Source: Hyalangium minutum
GTDB taxonomy: Bacteria; Myxococcota; Myxococcia; Myxococcales; Myxococcaceae
Assembly: GCF_000737315.1 (NCBI RefSeq)
Contig: NZ_JMCB01000018.1
Location: forward strand, 1-64,000
DNA length: 64,000 nucleotides
Reading direction: 5' to 3'
Shown: in pieces, positions 19,035-30,415 of the stretch
How the letters are laid out: each line of letters begins with the position of its first letter
Numbering within the stretch: the stretch's first letter is position 1
Translations under genes and position numbers: made by a program
The notes under the pieces: generated by a model
Told to the model about the DNA's origin: nothing
Databases searched by the model: none
Seen by the model: only the letters and a program-made list of their open reading frames with translations

Positions 19035-20468
19035 ATGAAAAAACCCAACCGTCCGCCCTCGAAGAAGAAGCCCTCTGGCTCGAAGTACCCTGCCCCGAAG
19101 GCGAAAATCTCCAGGGCCGCTCACGAGGCCGCCGAGGCCCGCTCTCCCCGCCCACTCCGGGAGGACCTCGTCCTCCAGGCCTCCCTGGAGGCCTATGCCC
19201 TGGTGAGGCACGAGGGCCGCCTCGCCGACCGGGCGCTCGACTTCACCCTGCGGCGCAAGGCCCACCTCTACTCCTCCGAGCGCCGCGCCGTCTCCGAGCG
19301 CGTCTACGCCCTGCTCCGGCGACAGCGCACCGTGGACTATCTCCTCTCCCACGCACGCCGCGGCTTCGAGGAGCTCCAGACGACCCGTCAGGACGTGCTC
19401 CGGCTGGCCGCCTCGCGCATCCTCCACGGAGAGCCCACCGCCACCGTGGCCAAGGACTCCGCACTCACGGGCGCCGACGCTGCGGCCCTCGAAGCGCTCC
19501 CGGAGGCCGCCGCGGCGCTGGACAGCCTCCCGCGAGACCAGCGCTTCCCCGTGGCCGCTTCGCTGCCCGACTTCCTGGCCCGGAAGTTCCGCGAAACGTT
19601 CGGTGACGACGCCGAGCGCGCCATGGAGGCCATGAATGAGCGCGCCCCCCTCACCGCCCGCGCCAACCTGCTCAAGGGCGATCGCACGGCCCTCCAGAAA
19701 CAGCTCGCGGCCGAGGGCGTCGAGAACCAGCCCACTCCCCTCTCCTCCATGGGTCTGTGGCTGGGCACGCGCGTCAACGCCTTCTCCCTCCAGGCCTTCA
19801 AAGACGGCCTCTTCGAGATCCAGGACGAGGGCAGCCAGCTGCTCGGCATGCTCGTGGACGCCCCGCCCACGCGGGTGGTGGACGCCTGCGCCGGAGCCGG
19901 TGGAAAGACGCTGCAGCTCGCCGCGCAGATGAAGAACCGGGGCGATCTCCACGCCTTGGACGTGGATACCACCCGCATCGAGGAGCTGCGCAAGCGCGCC
20001 CGCCGCGCCGGTGTCCACAATGTCCGCACCCAGGTCATCCCCCCCGAGGGCCCTTCCGCCGACGAAGCCATCGCGGCGCTGAAGGACAAGGCGGACCGCG
20101 TGCTGGTGGATGCCCCCTGCAGCGGCACGGGCACCTACCGCCGCAAGCCGGACGCCCGCTACCGCCTCACCCCCGAGGACCTGGCCACCCACGTGGCGCG
20201 CCAGAAGGCCCTGCTGGAGCGCTTCTCCACGATGGTCAAGCCGGGCGGCCGGCTCATCTACGGGACGTGTAGCGTCCTCCGCGAGGAGAACGAAGCCGTG
20301 GTGGAAGACTTCCTGTCGCGCCACCCGAATTTCTCGGTGCGCCCCATCTCTGCGGAGCTGGGTCCCGAGCTGGGCGAAAAGGTGAGCCAAGGCCCCTTCC
20401 TGCGGCTGGCCCCCCACCTGCACGGAACCGATGGGTTCTTCGGGGCGATCCTGGTCCGGGCAAAGTAA
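19035..20468 (+). CDS. RsmB/NOP family RNA m5C methyltransferase
   Basis: IQDEGSQL, DACAGAGGKT, VDAPCSGTG, IYGTCS, DGFF. Confidence 0.92.
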   Translation: MKKPNRPPSKKKPSGSKYPAPKAKISRAAHEAAEARSPRPLREDLVLQASLEAYALVRHEGRLADRALDFTLRRKAHLYSSERRAVSERVYALLRRQRTVDYLLSHARRGFEELQTTRQDVLRLAASRILHGEPTATVAKDSALTGADAAALEALPEAAAALDSLPRDQRFPVAASLPDFLARKFRETFGDDAERAMEAMNERAPLTARANLLKGDRTALQKQLAAEGVENQPTPLSSMGLWLGTRVNAFSLQAFKDGLFEIQDEGSQLLGMLVDAPPTRVVDACAGAGGKTLQLAAQMKNRGDLHALDVDTTRIEELRKRARRAGVHNVRTQVIPPEGPSADEAIAALKDKADRVLVDAPCSGTGTYRRKPDARYRLTPEDLATHVARQKALLERFSTMVKPGGRLIYGTCSVLREENEAVVEDFLSRHPNFSVRPISAELGPELGEKVSQGPFLRLAPHLHGTDGFFGAILVRAK

Positions 20469-20504
20469 GCTGGGGGAGTTCCCCCTCGCCAGAGAGCCTT
20501 GGCA

Positions 20505-22274
20505 ATGCCGGAAGCCGTCCGCTATCGCGTCTCGATGTCCCGCCCGCACTCGCACCTGTTCGAAGTGGAGGCGACCTTCCCCGCGGGCCCCGATGTGCTC
20601 GATGCCGTCCTGCCCGTGTGGACTCCGGGCAGCTACCTGGTGCGCGAGTATGCACGGCACCTCCAGGACGTGACGGCGGTGGGCCCCCAGGACGAGCCGC
20701 TCCCAGTTCAGCGCACGGACAAGCGCACCTTCCGCGTGAAGGCCGGTGGCCGGGCCGTGACGCTGCGCTACCGCGTCTACGCCCACGAGCTGACGGTGCG
20801 CACGAGCCACCTGGACGGCTCGCACGGCTACTTCAACGGCGCCACCCTCCTCCTCTACACGGAGGCCACGCGCCACCACGAGCACCGCGTCACCGTGGCC
20901 GCTCCCGAGGGCTGGAAGACGTTCTGCGCGCTCGATCAGCAGGACGGCGTCTTCCTCGCCCCAGACTACGACACGCTGATCGACAGTCCCTTCGAGGTGG
21001 GCCCTCACTGGCCACTGTCCTTCGTCGCCGCGGGCGTGCCGCACGAGGTGGTCGTCTGGGGAGACCTGCCCGCGGATCCGGACAAGCTGACGGCGGACCT
21101 CCAGCGCATCTGCGAGGCCGAGGCGCGGATGCTGGGTGGGCTGCCCATGAAGCGCTACCTGTTCCTCGTGTACCTCACGGACAAGGGGCGCGGCGGGCTG
21201 GAGCACAGTGCCTCCACGGCGCTGCTGTTCCCTCGGGCCTCGCTGCAGAACAGCCGGGGCTGGGAGGACTTCCTCACGCTGGCCGCGCACGAGTACTTCC
21301 ACCTGTGGAACATCAAGCGCGTCAAGCCGCGCGCGCTGGTGCCCTTCGACTACTCCCAGGAGAACTACACCGCCCTGCTCTGGGCCTTCGAGGGGATGAC
21401 GTCGTACTACGACAACCTCTTCGTGCGCCGCGCGGGGCTGATGTCCGCCAACCGCTACCTCAACCGGCTCGGCGAGACGCTCACCACCCTGCACGGCACT
21501 CCAGGCCGCCGCGTCCAGACGCTGGCCGATGCGTCGTTGATGAGCTGGATCAAGCACTACCGCCCGGACGAGAACTCGGCCAACAGCGCCATCTCCTACT
21601 ACCTGAAGGGCGAGGTGGTGTGCGCGCTGCTGGATCTGGAGATCCGCCGCGCCACGGGGGATGCCAAGGGCCTGGACGACGCGGTGCGTCTGCTGTGGCA
21701 GCGCTATGGAGATGGCTCGGGCGTGCCGGAGGAGGCAGTGGAGGCCATCATGAGCGAGGTGGCCGGCAAGGACCTGCGCCCCTTCTTCGACCGGGCCGTG
21801 CGCTCCACGGAAGAACTGGACTACTCCGTCTTCTCGCACGTGGGCCTCGAGGTGGGCTTCCGCGTGCGCGAGTCCTCCGCCGACAAGGGCGGCACCCCGC
21901 CGCCTCGCAAGGCCAGTGAGGCGAAACCCAAGGGCTGGGTGGGGCTCGCCTTCAAGGGCAACGCCACGGTGGCCTGGGTGGCGGAGGGCTCGCCAGCGAT
22001 GGAGGCGGGCCTCTACCCCGAGGACGAGGTGGTGGCGCTCGATGGGTACAAGGTGGACGGCGCCTCACTGCTGAGCCGGTGCGAGGACCGGCGCCCCGGA
22101 GAGCTGGTGCGCATCACGCTCTTCCGCCGCGACAAGCTGATGGAGCTGCCCGTCATGCTGGGCCAGCGGCCCGCGGACACCGTGTACCTGAGCCGCGTGG
22201 ACAAGCCCACCGACGCGCAGAAGGCCGCCTTCCACGCCTGGCTGGGGGCAGCGTGGGACGAGGCGGCGGGATAA
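20505..22274 (+). CDS. M61 glycyl aminopeptidase family metallopeptidase with PDZ domain
   Basis: WTPGSY, GGLEH, AHEYFHLWN, WAFEGMTSYY, YYLKG; C-terminal PDZ. Confidence 0.92.
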   Translation: MPEAVRYRVSMSRPHSHLFEVEATFPAGPDVLDAVLPVWTPGSYLVREYARHLQDVTAVGPQDEPLPVQRTDKRTFRVKAGGRAVTLRYRVYAHELTVRTSHLDGSHGYFNGATLLLYTEATRHHEHRVTVAAPEGWKTFCALDQQDGVFLAPDYDTLIDSPFEVGPHWPLSFVAAGVPHEVVVWGDLPADPDKLTADLQRICEAEARMLGGLPMKRYLFLVYLTDKGRGGLEHSASTALLFPRASLQNSRGWEDFLTLAAHEYFHLWNIKRVKPRALVPFDYSQENYTALLWAFEGMTSYYDNLFVRRAGLMSANRYLNRLGETLTTLHGTPGRRVQTLADASLMSWIKHYRPDENSANSAISYYLKGEVVCALLDLEIRRATGDAKGLDDAVRLLWQRYGDGSGVPEEAVEAIMSEVAGKDLRPFFDRAVRSTEELDYSVFSHVGLEVGFRVRESSADKGGTPPPRKASEAKPKGWVGLAFKGNATVAWVAEGSPAMEAGLYPEDEVVALDGYKVDGASLLSRCEDRRPGELVRITLFRRDKLMELPVMLGQRPADTVYLSRVDKPTDAQKAAFHAWLGAAWDEAAG

Positions 22275-22284
22275 GCTGCGCCGC

Positions 22285-23748
22285 ATGAGCGGCTTCTTGC
22301 AGAACACCGCGCCTGCAGTCTGCCAACGCCATCCTGAGGCCAACGCGGGCTGGCGCTGTGACAACTGCCAGGCCGCGCTGTGCCCGGACTGCGTGGCCAC
22401 TCGCCGGGCCATCTCCACGGAATACCTCTCCTGCGAGCTGTGCCAGGGCCGGGTGCTGCCGATCCTCGTCCACCGTTCGCGAATCCCCCTCGCCGTGCGG
22501 CTGCGCGACGTCTGGCGCTACCCCTTCACCCAGAACGGGCTGATCGTCCTGACGTCGCTCAGCGTCATGCTGGCGCTCTGCCGGTGGCTCGCGGCGGAGA
22601 CGTTCCTGCTGCTCAAGTGGCTGCCCGCGCTGTTCGGAATTGGGTTCTTCTGGAGCGCCTTCTTCCACGTCATCCGCTCTACGGCTCGCGGGGAGAAGGA
22701 GCTGGACGCGCCCGAGTTCACGGATCTCTACGGCGACTGCGTGGCACCGGCGCTCCGGGGCATCCTGGGCACATCGCTGCTGTGGCTGCCGGGGCTCCTC
22801 TATCTGTTCTTCATCAAGGACTGGGGCGCCCAGAAGGAAGTCAATCAGCTGCTGGAGACCCCCGAGTTCTATATCAGCGGCGCGATGCCTCAGCTCGACT
22901 GGTCCCAGGCGCTGACGGATCCGATCCTCTGGCTGCTCGTCCTGGCCGGAGCGGCCTACCTGCCGATGGTGCTCCTGGCTGCGGCCGCCGGGCACAACCT
23001 GGTGAAGATGCTCAACCCGGTGGCGGTCATCGGCAACGCGCTCCGGCTCGGCCGCGACTTCACCGTGACGCTGGGCGCGCTGGCGGTGCTCGCCGTGGCG
23101 CTGGTGGTGGCGCGGCTCGTGGCCGCGGGCATCCTCTGGCTGGGGATGCCCGTGCTCTCCGCGTTGGCCGCGGAGCTCGTCACCTGCTTCGTCCCCTTCA
23201 TGATGGCGCGCGTGCTCGGGCTGGTCCTCTACAACCGAGGGGATGTGCTCGAGTATGGCGACGCCTCGGACTACCTGGAGCCCGTGCTCGGGGTAGTCCA
23301 GCCTCGCGCGGAGCCGCCACCCTTCCGAGGCCCCCTGGCCGCGCCGGAGCCGGATCCCACCGTCGTGCCCGTCCCCATCGGCGAGACGCTGGCCGCGTTG
23401 GCCCAGGCGGTGGAGGCCCGCGATACCGGCAAGGCCCTGTCCCTCTACCCCGAGCTGAAAGAGCCGCGCTTCCTCAAGCAGGTGGACGCTGCCCACCACC
23501 TCTTCGTGGGGCAAGCGGCGGTGGCCCAGGGGCAGTACGAGCTCGCGGTGCAGGCGCTGGAGTCCGCGGCGGACGTGGCGCCGGACGGGCCTGCCGCCTC
23601 GCGCGCCCTGGTGCTGCTGGCCCGCGTGTACGCCGAGCGCCTGAAGGAGCCCGAGCGCGCCGAGAGCATCTACCGCTACGTCGTTCACCGCTATCCGAAC
23701 ACGGACGCCTCGCGCTTCGCCCAAACCCACCTTTCGCCGACTTCCTAA
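22285..23748 (+). CDS. Membrane protein: N-terminal B-box-type Zn finger, multi-TM region, C-terminal TPR
   Basis: CQRH..C..C..LCPDC; several hydrophobic segments; helical TPR-like tail. Confidence 0.7.
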   Translation: MSGFLQNTAPAVCQRHPEANAGWRCDNCQAALCPDCVATRRAISTEYLSCELCQGRVLPILVHRSRIPLAVRLRDVWRYPFTQNGLIVLTSLSVMLALCRWLAAETFLLLKWLPALFGIGFFWSAFFHVIRSTARGEKELDAPEFTDLYGDCVAPALRGILGTSLLWLPGLLYLFFIKDWGAQKEVNQLLETPEFYISGAMPQLDWSQALTDPILWLLVLAGAAYLPMVLLAAAAGHNLVKMLNPVAVIGNALRLGRDFTVTLGALAVLAVALVVARLVAAGILWLGMPVLSALAAELVTCFVPFMMARVLGLVLYNRGDVLEYGDASDYLEPVLGVVQPRAEPPPFRGPLAAPEPDPTVVPVPIGETLAALAQAVEARDTGKALSLYPELKEPRFLKQVDAAHHLFVGQAAVAQGQYELAVQALESAADVAPDGPAASRALVLLARVYAERLKEPERAESIYRYVVHRYPNTDASRFAQTHLSPTS

Positions 23749-23793
23749 CGGTGCGTGTTGCCGCCGTGCGGGGCCAGCACCACCTTGGGAGCC

Positions 23794-24177
23794 ATGTCTC
23801 GGTTGCGGATGATCTCCGTGGTGCTGGGCCTTGCCTGCCTATCGGCCTGTGACAACAGGCCCGTGGTGAACAGGGGTGGGGACGTGTGCTCGGAGGAGTT
23901 GGTGTCGTTGAAGGTGGAGGTAGTCACAGCGGACGGAGTCCTCGTGAAGGGGGCCACCGTCACCGCCATCAACGAGGAGAGCCAGGAGAGCATCACAGGG
24001 GTCACCAACGAGGTGGGCGTCAGCAGGGCGGTCAACGAGTCGCTCGCCCCGGGCCGGACTCGGCTGTACGCCACTGCGGGCTCCAAGGTCTCGCCCGCCA
24101 CCGAGGTACAGTGGCTGTGTGACGACTGCCACTGCCAGCCAGACCCGGACACCGTGACGTTGCAGCTCAACCCATAG
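23794..24177 (+). CDS. Lipoprotein, carboxypeptidase-regulatory-like fold
   Basis: Lipobox LSAC; VKGATVTA...GVTNEVG. Confidence 0.65.
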   Translation: MSRLRMISVVLGLACLSACDNRPVVNRGGDVCSEELVSLKVEVVTADGVLVKGATVTAINEESQESITGVTNEVGVSRAVNESLAPGRTRLYATAGSKVSPATEVQWLCDDCHCQPDPDTVTLQLNP

Positions 24178-24266
24178 CGTCCACTACCTGTAGGGTAGGC
24201 GCTCTGGCGAGCCCCCTGAATCCGGAGGTTGTTCTGCAATCGACAGGTCGCTAGCCTTCGGGGGTC

Positions 24267-25121
24267 ATGCCCCATTTGGAAGAGCTCCTGCAAGCGCCCC
24301 TGTCCGAGTTAACCGATCGGTTCCTCGAGCGCTGTCAGCCTGTTCCCCGGGGGTTCTTGGAGGCCTTGGAGGCGGACAGACGGCAGGGGGCTCGCTCGCT
24401 CGCCGGCAAGATCCGGGCTCGGCAGGAGAAGAACCGCTCCGAGGGCCAGCGGCTGCGCCACCTGCTGCGCTACGAGTTGGAGCTGTGGACGCAGGGAATG
24501 GAGCGCGTGGCCGGGGTGGACGAGGCGGGAATGGCTCCGCTCGCGGGCCCGGTGGTGGCGGCGGCGGCGATTCTGCCCAAGAACTACCGACTCAAGGGGT
24601 TGGACGACTCGAAGAAGATCCTGGACGAGGAGCGCCGGGAGGAGCTGGCAGTCGCCATCAAGCGGGACGCGGTGGCGTGGGCGGTGGGCGTGGCGGAGGT
24701 GGAGGAGATCGACCGCATCAACATCTACCACGCGGGGCTGCAGGCGATGCGGCGTGCGGTGCAGGGACTGGTGAGGGTGCCGGAGTACGCGCTGGTGGAT
24801 GCCCGCACCATCCCGGAGTGTCCGTGTCCGCAGAAGGGCATCATCCATGGGGACGCGCTGTCGATGAGCATCGCGGCGGCGTCCATCATCGCGAAGACGA
24901 CACGCGACCGGATGATGTCGGCGCTGGACGCACAGTATCCGGGCTATGGACTGGCCTCGCACAAGGGCTACCCGACGCCGCAGCACTTCCAGGCGATCAA
25001 GGAGAAGGGCGTGTTGCCGATCCACCGGCGCAGCTTCGGGCCGGTGCGAGAGGCACTGGGACTGGTGCCGCTGCAGGCCGAGCTGTTCCCACCCCCTCCT
25101 TCGGATCCTCCTGAACCGTGA
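24267..25121 (+). CDS. rnhB: Ribonuclease HII
   Basis: [53 protein letters not shown]. Confidence 0.95.
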   Translation: MPHLEELLQAPLSELTDRFLERCQPVPRGFLEALEADRRQGARSLAGKIRARQEKNRSEGQRLRHLLRYELELWTQGMERVAGVDEAGMAPLAGPVVAAAAILPKNYRLKGLDDSKKILDEERREELAVAIKRDAVAWAVGVAEVEEIDRINIYHAGLQAMRRAVQGLVRVPEYALVDARTIPECPCPQKGIIHGDALSMSIAAASIIAKTTRDRMMSALDAQYPGYGLASHKGYPTPQHFQAIKEKGVLPIHRRSFGPVREALGLVPLQAELFPPPPSDPPEP

Positions 25122-25747
25122 GCGCTGATCGCGATATCGATGCGTGGTTGGCGGAGCGGGGCATCACACTCCCGGATTCACGGGCTCGGGCTCGCGCGAC
25201 GCTGGAAGAAGCGAAGATCATCAACCCGAAGAAGGCTCGCATGAGCGAGCAGAAGCTGGAGCGCGCGGAGGCGCTGCTGGCCGAGCGCTACTTTCGGGTG
25301 TGCAGTGCTCCAGCGTGCCAGCCGGTGGCGTACGCGAGCGGCCGGGAGCTGCTGGCGGTGGATCCCCGAAGCCATTGCGAGAGCTGCGGGGGTTCGAACA
25401 ACCGGCGGGCGATCACGGACTTCATCGAGGCGTGTCGGCGAAAGGGCGTGCAGAACGTGGTGGTCGTGGGAGGCTCTCCAGCGGTGCGGGAGGAGCTGGA
25501 GGATCAGCTCGACGGGCACGTGCAGCTGCGCATGGTGGACGGCACGGAGCGGCACACGGCGGAGAAGGCGCGGCACAACGTGGAGTGGGCGGACCTCATT
25601 TTGATTTGGGGCGCCACGGAGCTGCACCACAAGGTGAGCGAGCACTACACGAACGTGCCGCCCCCTGTGGGCCGCAAGGTGATCCACGTCACCCGGAGAG
25701 GCGTGGCCGCGCTGCTCGACGCGGCCATGACGCACTTGAAGCGCTGA
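25118..25747 (+). CDS. Hypothetical protein with CxxxxC/CxxC and a C-terminal DUF2325-like Rossmann region
   Basis: GTGA overlap with rnhB; VVVVGG...[12 protein letters not shown]. Confidence 0.65.
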   Translation: MSADRDIDAWLAERGITLPDSRARARATLEEAKIINPKKARMSEQKLERAEALLAERYFRVCSAPACQPVAYASGRELLAVDPRSHCESCGGSNNRRAITDFIEACRRKGVQNVVVVGGSPAVREELEDQLDGHVQLRMVDGTERHTAEKARHNVEWADLILIWGATELHHKVSEHYTNVPPPVGRKVIHVTRRGVAALLDAAMTHLKR

Positions 25748-25762
25748 GGCCGAGACACCTGA

Positions 25763-26716
25763 ATGGATCATCGGATGAGAGCGCCAACCCTTGTCTCCGC
25801 GATAATCCTCGGGGCTCTTGTCTGGGACGGATCCTTGGGGTGCACGGAGAAGCCCAAGGAAGACTTCTCTCACGTCGAGAGTGTCCAGGACAGTGGTATC
25901 CCCCCCCTCCGCCTGGATCAGAGTGCTCCCTTCGGCAAGCCTTCGCGGCTTCTGGATGGGGAGCTGGATCTCAGCAATCGCCACTCTTCGACCGTCCTGG
26001 TCGAGGCGAACGCACCAGAGATCCATCAGGAATGCAGTGGAGTGCTCATCGCTCCCCAGTGGGTTCTCACTGCGGCTCACTGCGTGTGCATGCGCAGAGC
26101 CGCTCGCGGACCTGATAACGAAAACAGGACCGTCCTGGATAGCTCTGCCTGTGCCGCGACAGCAACCGTGACAGGGGTGGCTTACTCTCCACCGGTACGG
26201 AATGAAGCCTTGAGTTCCCTAAGGGAGAGGTACATCGGAGCAGTCTGGCCGCATCCCCGCTTCAGGCTCTCGCTGGACGCACAAGGGGCTATCGAGTCCA
26301 TCCAGGCGGATCTTGCACTGATCCAGTTGAACACACCGGCGACTGAGCGCTTCACTCCCGTCAAGCTCTCGAACACCGAAGCACAAACGGGTGAGACGTT
26401 GGTCACAGTAGGCTACGGGGACGACGGGAGCGACCTGGGAGGCTACGAAGACCGGCGCTTCAGCTCCCATCGCGTCATGAAGCCCCCCGATACCGGAAGC
26501 GGCTTCATCGCACTCTCGCCCCCCGCGAGGCCCGCGTATCAAGACGACAGTGGGGGGCCATGTCTGCGCACAACCAGAGGCGTTCCCACCCTTGTGGGAA
26601 TCTCCCGGCGAGGCCTGGGCCCTGAGTCCATGTGCACCAGCACCTCCGTCTACAAGGACTGGCTGCTCGAAGCGTTGCAGCGCACAGCGCTCCCGCGCTC
26701 TTCCCTGCCGCAGTGA
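25763..26716 (+). CDS. Trypsin-like (S1) serine protease, exported
   Basis: CSGVLIAPQWVLTAAHC, ADLALIQL, YQDDSGGP. Confidence 0.82.
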   Translation: MDHRMRAPTLVSAIILGALVWDGSLGCTEKPKEDFSHVESVQDSGIPPLRLDQSAPFGKPSRLLDGELDLSNRHSSTVLVEANAPEIHQECSGVLIAPQWVLTAAHCVCMRRAARGPDNENRTVLDSSACAATATVTGVAYSPPVRNEALSSLRERYIGAVWPHPRFRLSLDAQGAIESIQADLALIQLNTPATERFTPVKLSNTEAQTGETLVTVGYGDDGSDLGGYEDRRFSSHRVMKPPDTGSGFIALSPPARPAYQDDSGGPCLRTTRGVPTLVGISRRGLGPESMCTSTSVYKDWLLEALQRTALPRSSLPQ

Positions 26717-26755
26717 AGGCAATGGACGACTGCGTGCACGTCCCGGAACCCTCCC

Positions 26756-27796
26756 ATGCCTCTCCACGTCCGCCCCTCGCAGCGACTCTCCCTCCTCCTG
26801 CTTCACTTCCTATGGGTGGGATGCGCCTCGCAACCTCAAGCACCAGAGCAACTCTCCGGAGCGCTGTTCATCGGCGATAGCACTTCCGCCGTGTATCCGG
26901 GAGCCCTGGACGCCAAGAATCGCTACTTGTCCAACGTCGCGATCCACACCGGCGCCAAGCGAGAGGACGGCTCGGAGCACTGCAGCGGGGTGCTCATCAG
27001 CCCTCAAGAACTGCTGACGGCAGGCCATTGCGTCTGTATGAAGAGAAAGCTCTCCACACCTGACGCCCGCGCAGAGTTGGACCGGAGGCTCCGAGAGGCC
27101 CTGCCCTCCAGCGGGCGCTCCGCTGCGGAGCGAGCCTCTATCGACGCCCAGAGGAAGCGGATCCTTGCCAACACGGCCACCCTCATCGACTCCTCGCTTT
27201 GCGCGCCCAACGTTCGCGTCGAGGTAGTCGAATACCTCCCTTCGCCCCCCGATACTCCACCCAGCCTTCGGCTGGGCAGATACAGCGGAAAAGTCATCCA
27301 CCCTCACCCCAAGCTGCTCGTGCTCGACGATGCCATGGGAACTTCATGGTTCAGGGAAGCGGACCTCGCGCTCATCCACCTGGCCACGCCTGTCCGGGAA
27401 CGCTTCCGCCCCATCGCCCTTCCCGACAAGGAGGTTCAAGTGGGCTCCCCCATCGTGATGGTGGGCCTCGGCTTTGGGGAGGACAACGGCACCACCACGG
27501 AGTTTGGCGATCGCCACTATGGCGAGAGCGTCATCGAGACAGTCGAGCGGCTGGCGCCAGACAGCATCAAGTTCCTGGCCCGCGCCCCACCCCAAGGTGC
27601 CACGCCAGCTCCTCGAGTCTATGGAGGTGACAGTGGCGGAGGGTGCTTCAGCAAGACGGGCAATCGCGTGCTGGTGGGGGTGATCAGCGCCTTCGGGAAC
27701 GACGGCACCTCCTCCATCTTCACCAGCGTCTTCGCTTACCGGGAGTGGCTGAATAAAGAACTGAGCCACTCAGGTGCGGTACCTATCGCTCCATAG
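26756..27796 (+). CDS. Trypsin-like (S1) serine protease lipoprotein
   Basis: Lipobox WVGC; CSGVLISPQELLTAGHC, ADLALIHL, GGDSGGG. Confidence 0.82.
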   Translation: MPLHVRPSQRLSLLLLHFLWVGCASQPQAPEQLSGALFIGDSTSAVYPGALDAKNRYLSNVAIHTGAKREDGSEHCSGVLISPQELLTAGHCVCMKRKLSTPDARAELDRRLREALPSSGRSAAERASIDAQRKRILANTATLIDSSLCAPNVRVEVVEYLPSPPDTPPSLRLGRYSGKVIHPHPKLLVLDDAMGTSWFREADLALIHLATPVRERFRPIALPDKEVQVGSPIVMVGLGFGEDNGTTTEFGDRHYGESVIETVERLAPDSIKFLARAPPQGATPAPRVYGGDSGGGCFSKTGNRVLVGVISAFGNDGTSSIFTSVFAYREWLNKELSHSGAVPIAP

Positions 27797-27828
27797 GTAC
27801 CGCACCTGCGGTGTGCCCGAGCCGGTGA

Positions 27829-29790
27829 CTACTCCTCGTCCTGGCGCAGCGTCGCCAGCACGTTGAGGTCCTCGAGCGTCGTGGTGTCTCCCGTCGTCTG
27901 CTTGCCCGCGGCGACGTCGCGCAGCAGGCGGCGCATGATCTTCCCGGAGCGCGTCTTCGGCAGGCCCTCCGCGAACCGGATCTCGTCCGGCCGCGCGATC
28001 GCGCCGATCTCCTTCGTCACGTGCGTCGCCAGTTCCTTCTTCAGCTCCGGCGACGGCGGCGTCCCCTTCTTCAGCGTCACGAAGGCCACCAGCGCCGTGC
28101 CCTTCAGATCGTCCGGACGCCCCACCACCGCCGCCTCGGCGATGCGTGGGTGCGACACCAGTGCGCTCTCTACCTCGGCTGTGCCCAGGCGGTGCCCCGC
28201 CACGTTCACCACGTCATCCACGCGCCCCATCAGCCAGAAGTATCCGTCCTGATCTGTCCGCGCCCCGTCGCCCGTGAAGTACTTGCCCGGCAGCTCGCTG
28301 AAGTACGTCTTCACGTACCGCTCCGGATCTCCGTACACCGTGCGCAACATCGACGGCCACGGCTTCGTCACGAACAGCAGGCCACCCTGCCCCTTCGGCA
28401 CCGGATTGCCCTGCCGATCCAGGATCTCCGCGTGGATGCCCGGCAATGGGAGCGTCGCCGAGCCCGGCTTCGTCGGCGTCGCTCCTGGCAGCGGCGAGAT
28501 CATGATCCCGCCTGTCTCCGTCTGCCACCACGTGTCCACCACCGGGCACCGCCCGCCACCAATCACGTCCCGATACCAGATCCACGCTTCGGGGTTGATC
28601 GGCTCACCCACCGAGCCCAGCAGCCGCAGCGAGCTCATGTCGTGCTTGCGCGGGTACTCCTCCCCCAGCCGCATGAACGCGCGGATCGCCGTGGGCGCCG
28701 TGTAGAGGATCGTCGCCTTGTACCGCGCGATGATCTCCCAGAACCGATCCGGCCCTGGCTGCGTGGGCGCGCCCTCGTAGATGACCGTCGTCACCCCGTT
28801 CATCAGCGGCCCGTACACCACGTAGCTGTGCCCCGTCACCCAGCCCACGTCCGCCGTGCACCAGTAGATGTCGTCCTCTCGCAGGTCGAACACCCACCGC
28901 GTCGTCAGCGAGATGCTCACCGCGTAGCCCGCCGTGGTGTGCAGCACCCCCTTCGGCTTCCCCGTCGAGCCCGACGTGTAGAGGATGAACAGCGGATGCT
29001 CCGCCTCCACCCACTCCGGCTCACACGTGTCGCTCTGCCCGCGGACCAACTCCTCCCAGCTCACATCCTTGGGCCCCGGCGTCCCCGCATCCCCCGCCCG
29101 CTTCAGCACCACCACCTTCTCCACCGTCTTCATGTTCGGCAGCGCCGCGTCCACGTTCTTCTTCAGCGGCACCACCGCGCCCTTGCGCCAACCGCCGTCC
29201 GCCGTGAGGAGCACCTTCGCCCCCGCGTCGTTCATGCGCTCCTGCAGCGCCTCCGCGGAGAAGCCACCGAACACCACCGAGTGCACCGCGCCAATCCGCG
29301 CGCACGCCAGCATCGCCACCGCCGCCTCGGGCACCATGGGCAGGTAGATCCCCACCCGGTCCCCCTTGCGGACCCCCAGCGACTTCAGCCCGTTCGCCAG
29401 CCGGTTCACCATCGCCGACAGCTCGCCGTAGGTGACCGTCCGCCGATCCCCCGGCTCGCCCTCGAAGAGAATCGCTGGCTTGTCCTTCAGCTTCGGCAGG
29501 TGCCGATCCAGACAGTTGTAAGCCAGGTTCGTCCGGCCCTCGACGAACCAGCGCGCGTTCGGCGCCTTCCAGTCCAGCACCGTCTGGAAGGGCTCCTTCC
29601 AGTAGAGCTCCTCTCGCGCCCGGGCACCCCAGTAGGCTTCCGGATCCTTCGCCGCCTCGTCCCAGAGCCGGCGGTAGTCCTCCATGCTCTTGATGTGCGC
29701 CCGCTTCGAGAACTCTGGAGGTGGCGGGAAGACACGGTTCTCCGACAGGACGGACTGGATCTCTTGCGACGGACGCTGCGACTCAGCCAT
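27829..29790 (-). CDS. acs: Acetyl-CoA synthetase
   Basis: [38 protein letters not shown]. Confidence 0.97.
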   Translation of the reverse strand: MAESQRPSQEIQSVLSENRVFPPPPEFSKRAHIKSMEDYRRLWDEAAKDPEAYWGARAREELYWKEPFQTVLDWKAPNARWFVEGRTNLAYNCLDRHLPKLKDKPAILFEGEPGDRRTVTYGELSAMVNRLANGLKSLGVRKGDRVGIYLPMVPEAAVAMLACARIGAVHSVVFGGFSAEALQERMNDAGAKVLLTADGGWRKGAVVPLKKNVDAALPNMKTVEKVVVLKRAGDAGTPGPKDVSWEELVRGQSDTCEPEWVEAEHPLFILYTSGSTGKPKGVLHTTAGYAVSISLTTRWVFDLREDDIYWCTADVGWVTGHSYVVYGPLMNGVTTVIYEGAPTQPGPDRFWEIIARYKATILYTAPTAIRAFMRLGEEYPRKHDMSSLRLLGSVGEPINPEAWIWYRDVIGGGRCPVVDTWWQTETGGIMISPLPGATPTKPGSATLPLPGIHAEILDRQGNPVPKGQGGLLFVTKPWPSMLRTVYGDPERYVKTYFSELPGKYFTGDGARTDQDGYFWLMGRVDDVVNVAGHRLGTAEVESALVSHPRIAEAAVVGRPDDLKGTALVAFVTLKKGTPPSPELKKELATHVTKEIGAIARPDEIRFAEGLPKTRSGKIMRRLLRDVAAGKQTTGDTTTLEDLNVLATLRQDEE

Positions 29791-29865
29791 GGGCTCCCCT
29801 CCAAGCAGGACAACAGCAAGATGTTACGGACTGTCTAGGTCGGGTGCAGCCTGGGCTCAAGGCCA

Positions 29866-30345
29866 CTATTCACACCGCAGGCCGTCCTGTACGGCATTGA
29901 AGCGCGCCCGGACCTCGCAGACACAGCTGTCCGGGCGCCGGGCCTCGTAGCGCACCCGCAGCACACCGCGAAACTGGGTGGCGCAGACCGTGTCTCCCTC
30001 CAGGTGCACGCTCACCTGGTCCAGCAGACACGTCTGCCCGTTGATGGGGACCTCCGCGTTGGCCACGCTGCCATCCACCGCGAACTTCTCCCCCGACGCC
30101 AGGAAGCGCCCCACCAGCTGCATCTCCAGCAGCTCGAAGTCCATGCGCACCACCTGTCCAGTAATGAGCAACGAGCCATCCCACAACGACGGAGGATCTT
30201 TGGGGGGCAGCAGGCCGCAGTCGTCGAGGAAGATCTCGGTGTAGTCGAGATCGTAGTGCCCCGGGTTCTGGACGAAGGAGTTGCAGCCGAGGCTAAAGCC
30301 CACGGTCAGCAGCAGGACAGGCAGGAGAAGGCGGCGGGTGGACAC
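29866..30345 (-). CDS. Cys-rich hypothetical lipoprotein
   Basis: GTG start, MSTRRLLLPVLLLTVGFSLGC lipobox. Confidence 0.7.
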   Translation of the reverse strand: MSTRRLLLPVLLLTVGFSLGCNSFVQNPGHYDLDYTEIFLDDCGLLPPKDPPSLWDGSLLITGQVVRMDFELLEMQLVGRFLASGEKFAVDGSVANAEVPINGQTCLLDQVSVHLEGDTVCATQFRGVLRVRYEARRPDSCVCEVRARFNAVQDGLRCE

Positions 30346-30415
30346 GCGCCCACCATAACCAACCCCGCGCATCCATGCAGTCTCATCCCGCGCCCCGGGG
30401 TAGAGTGTCCGGCCC

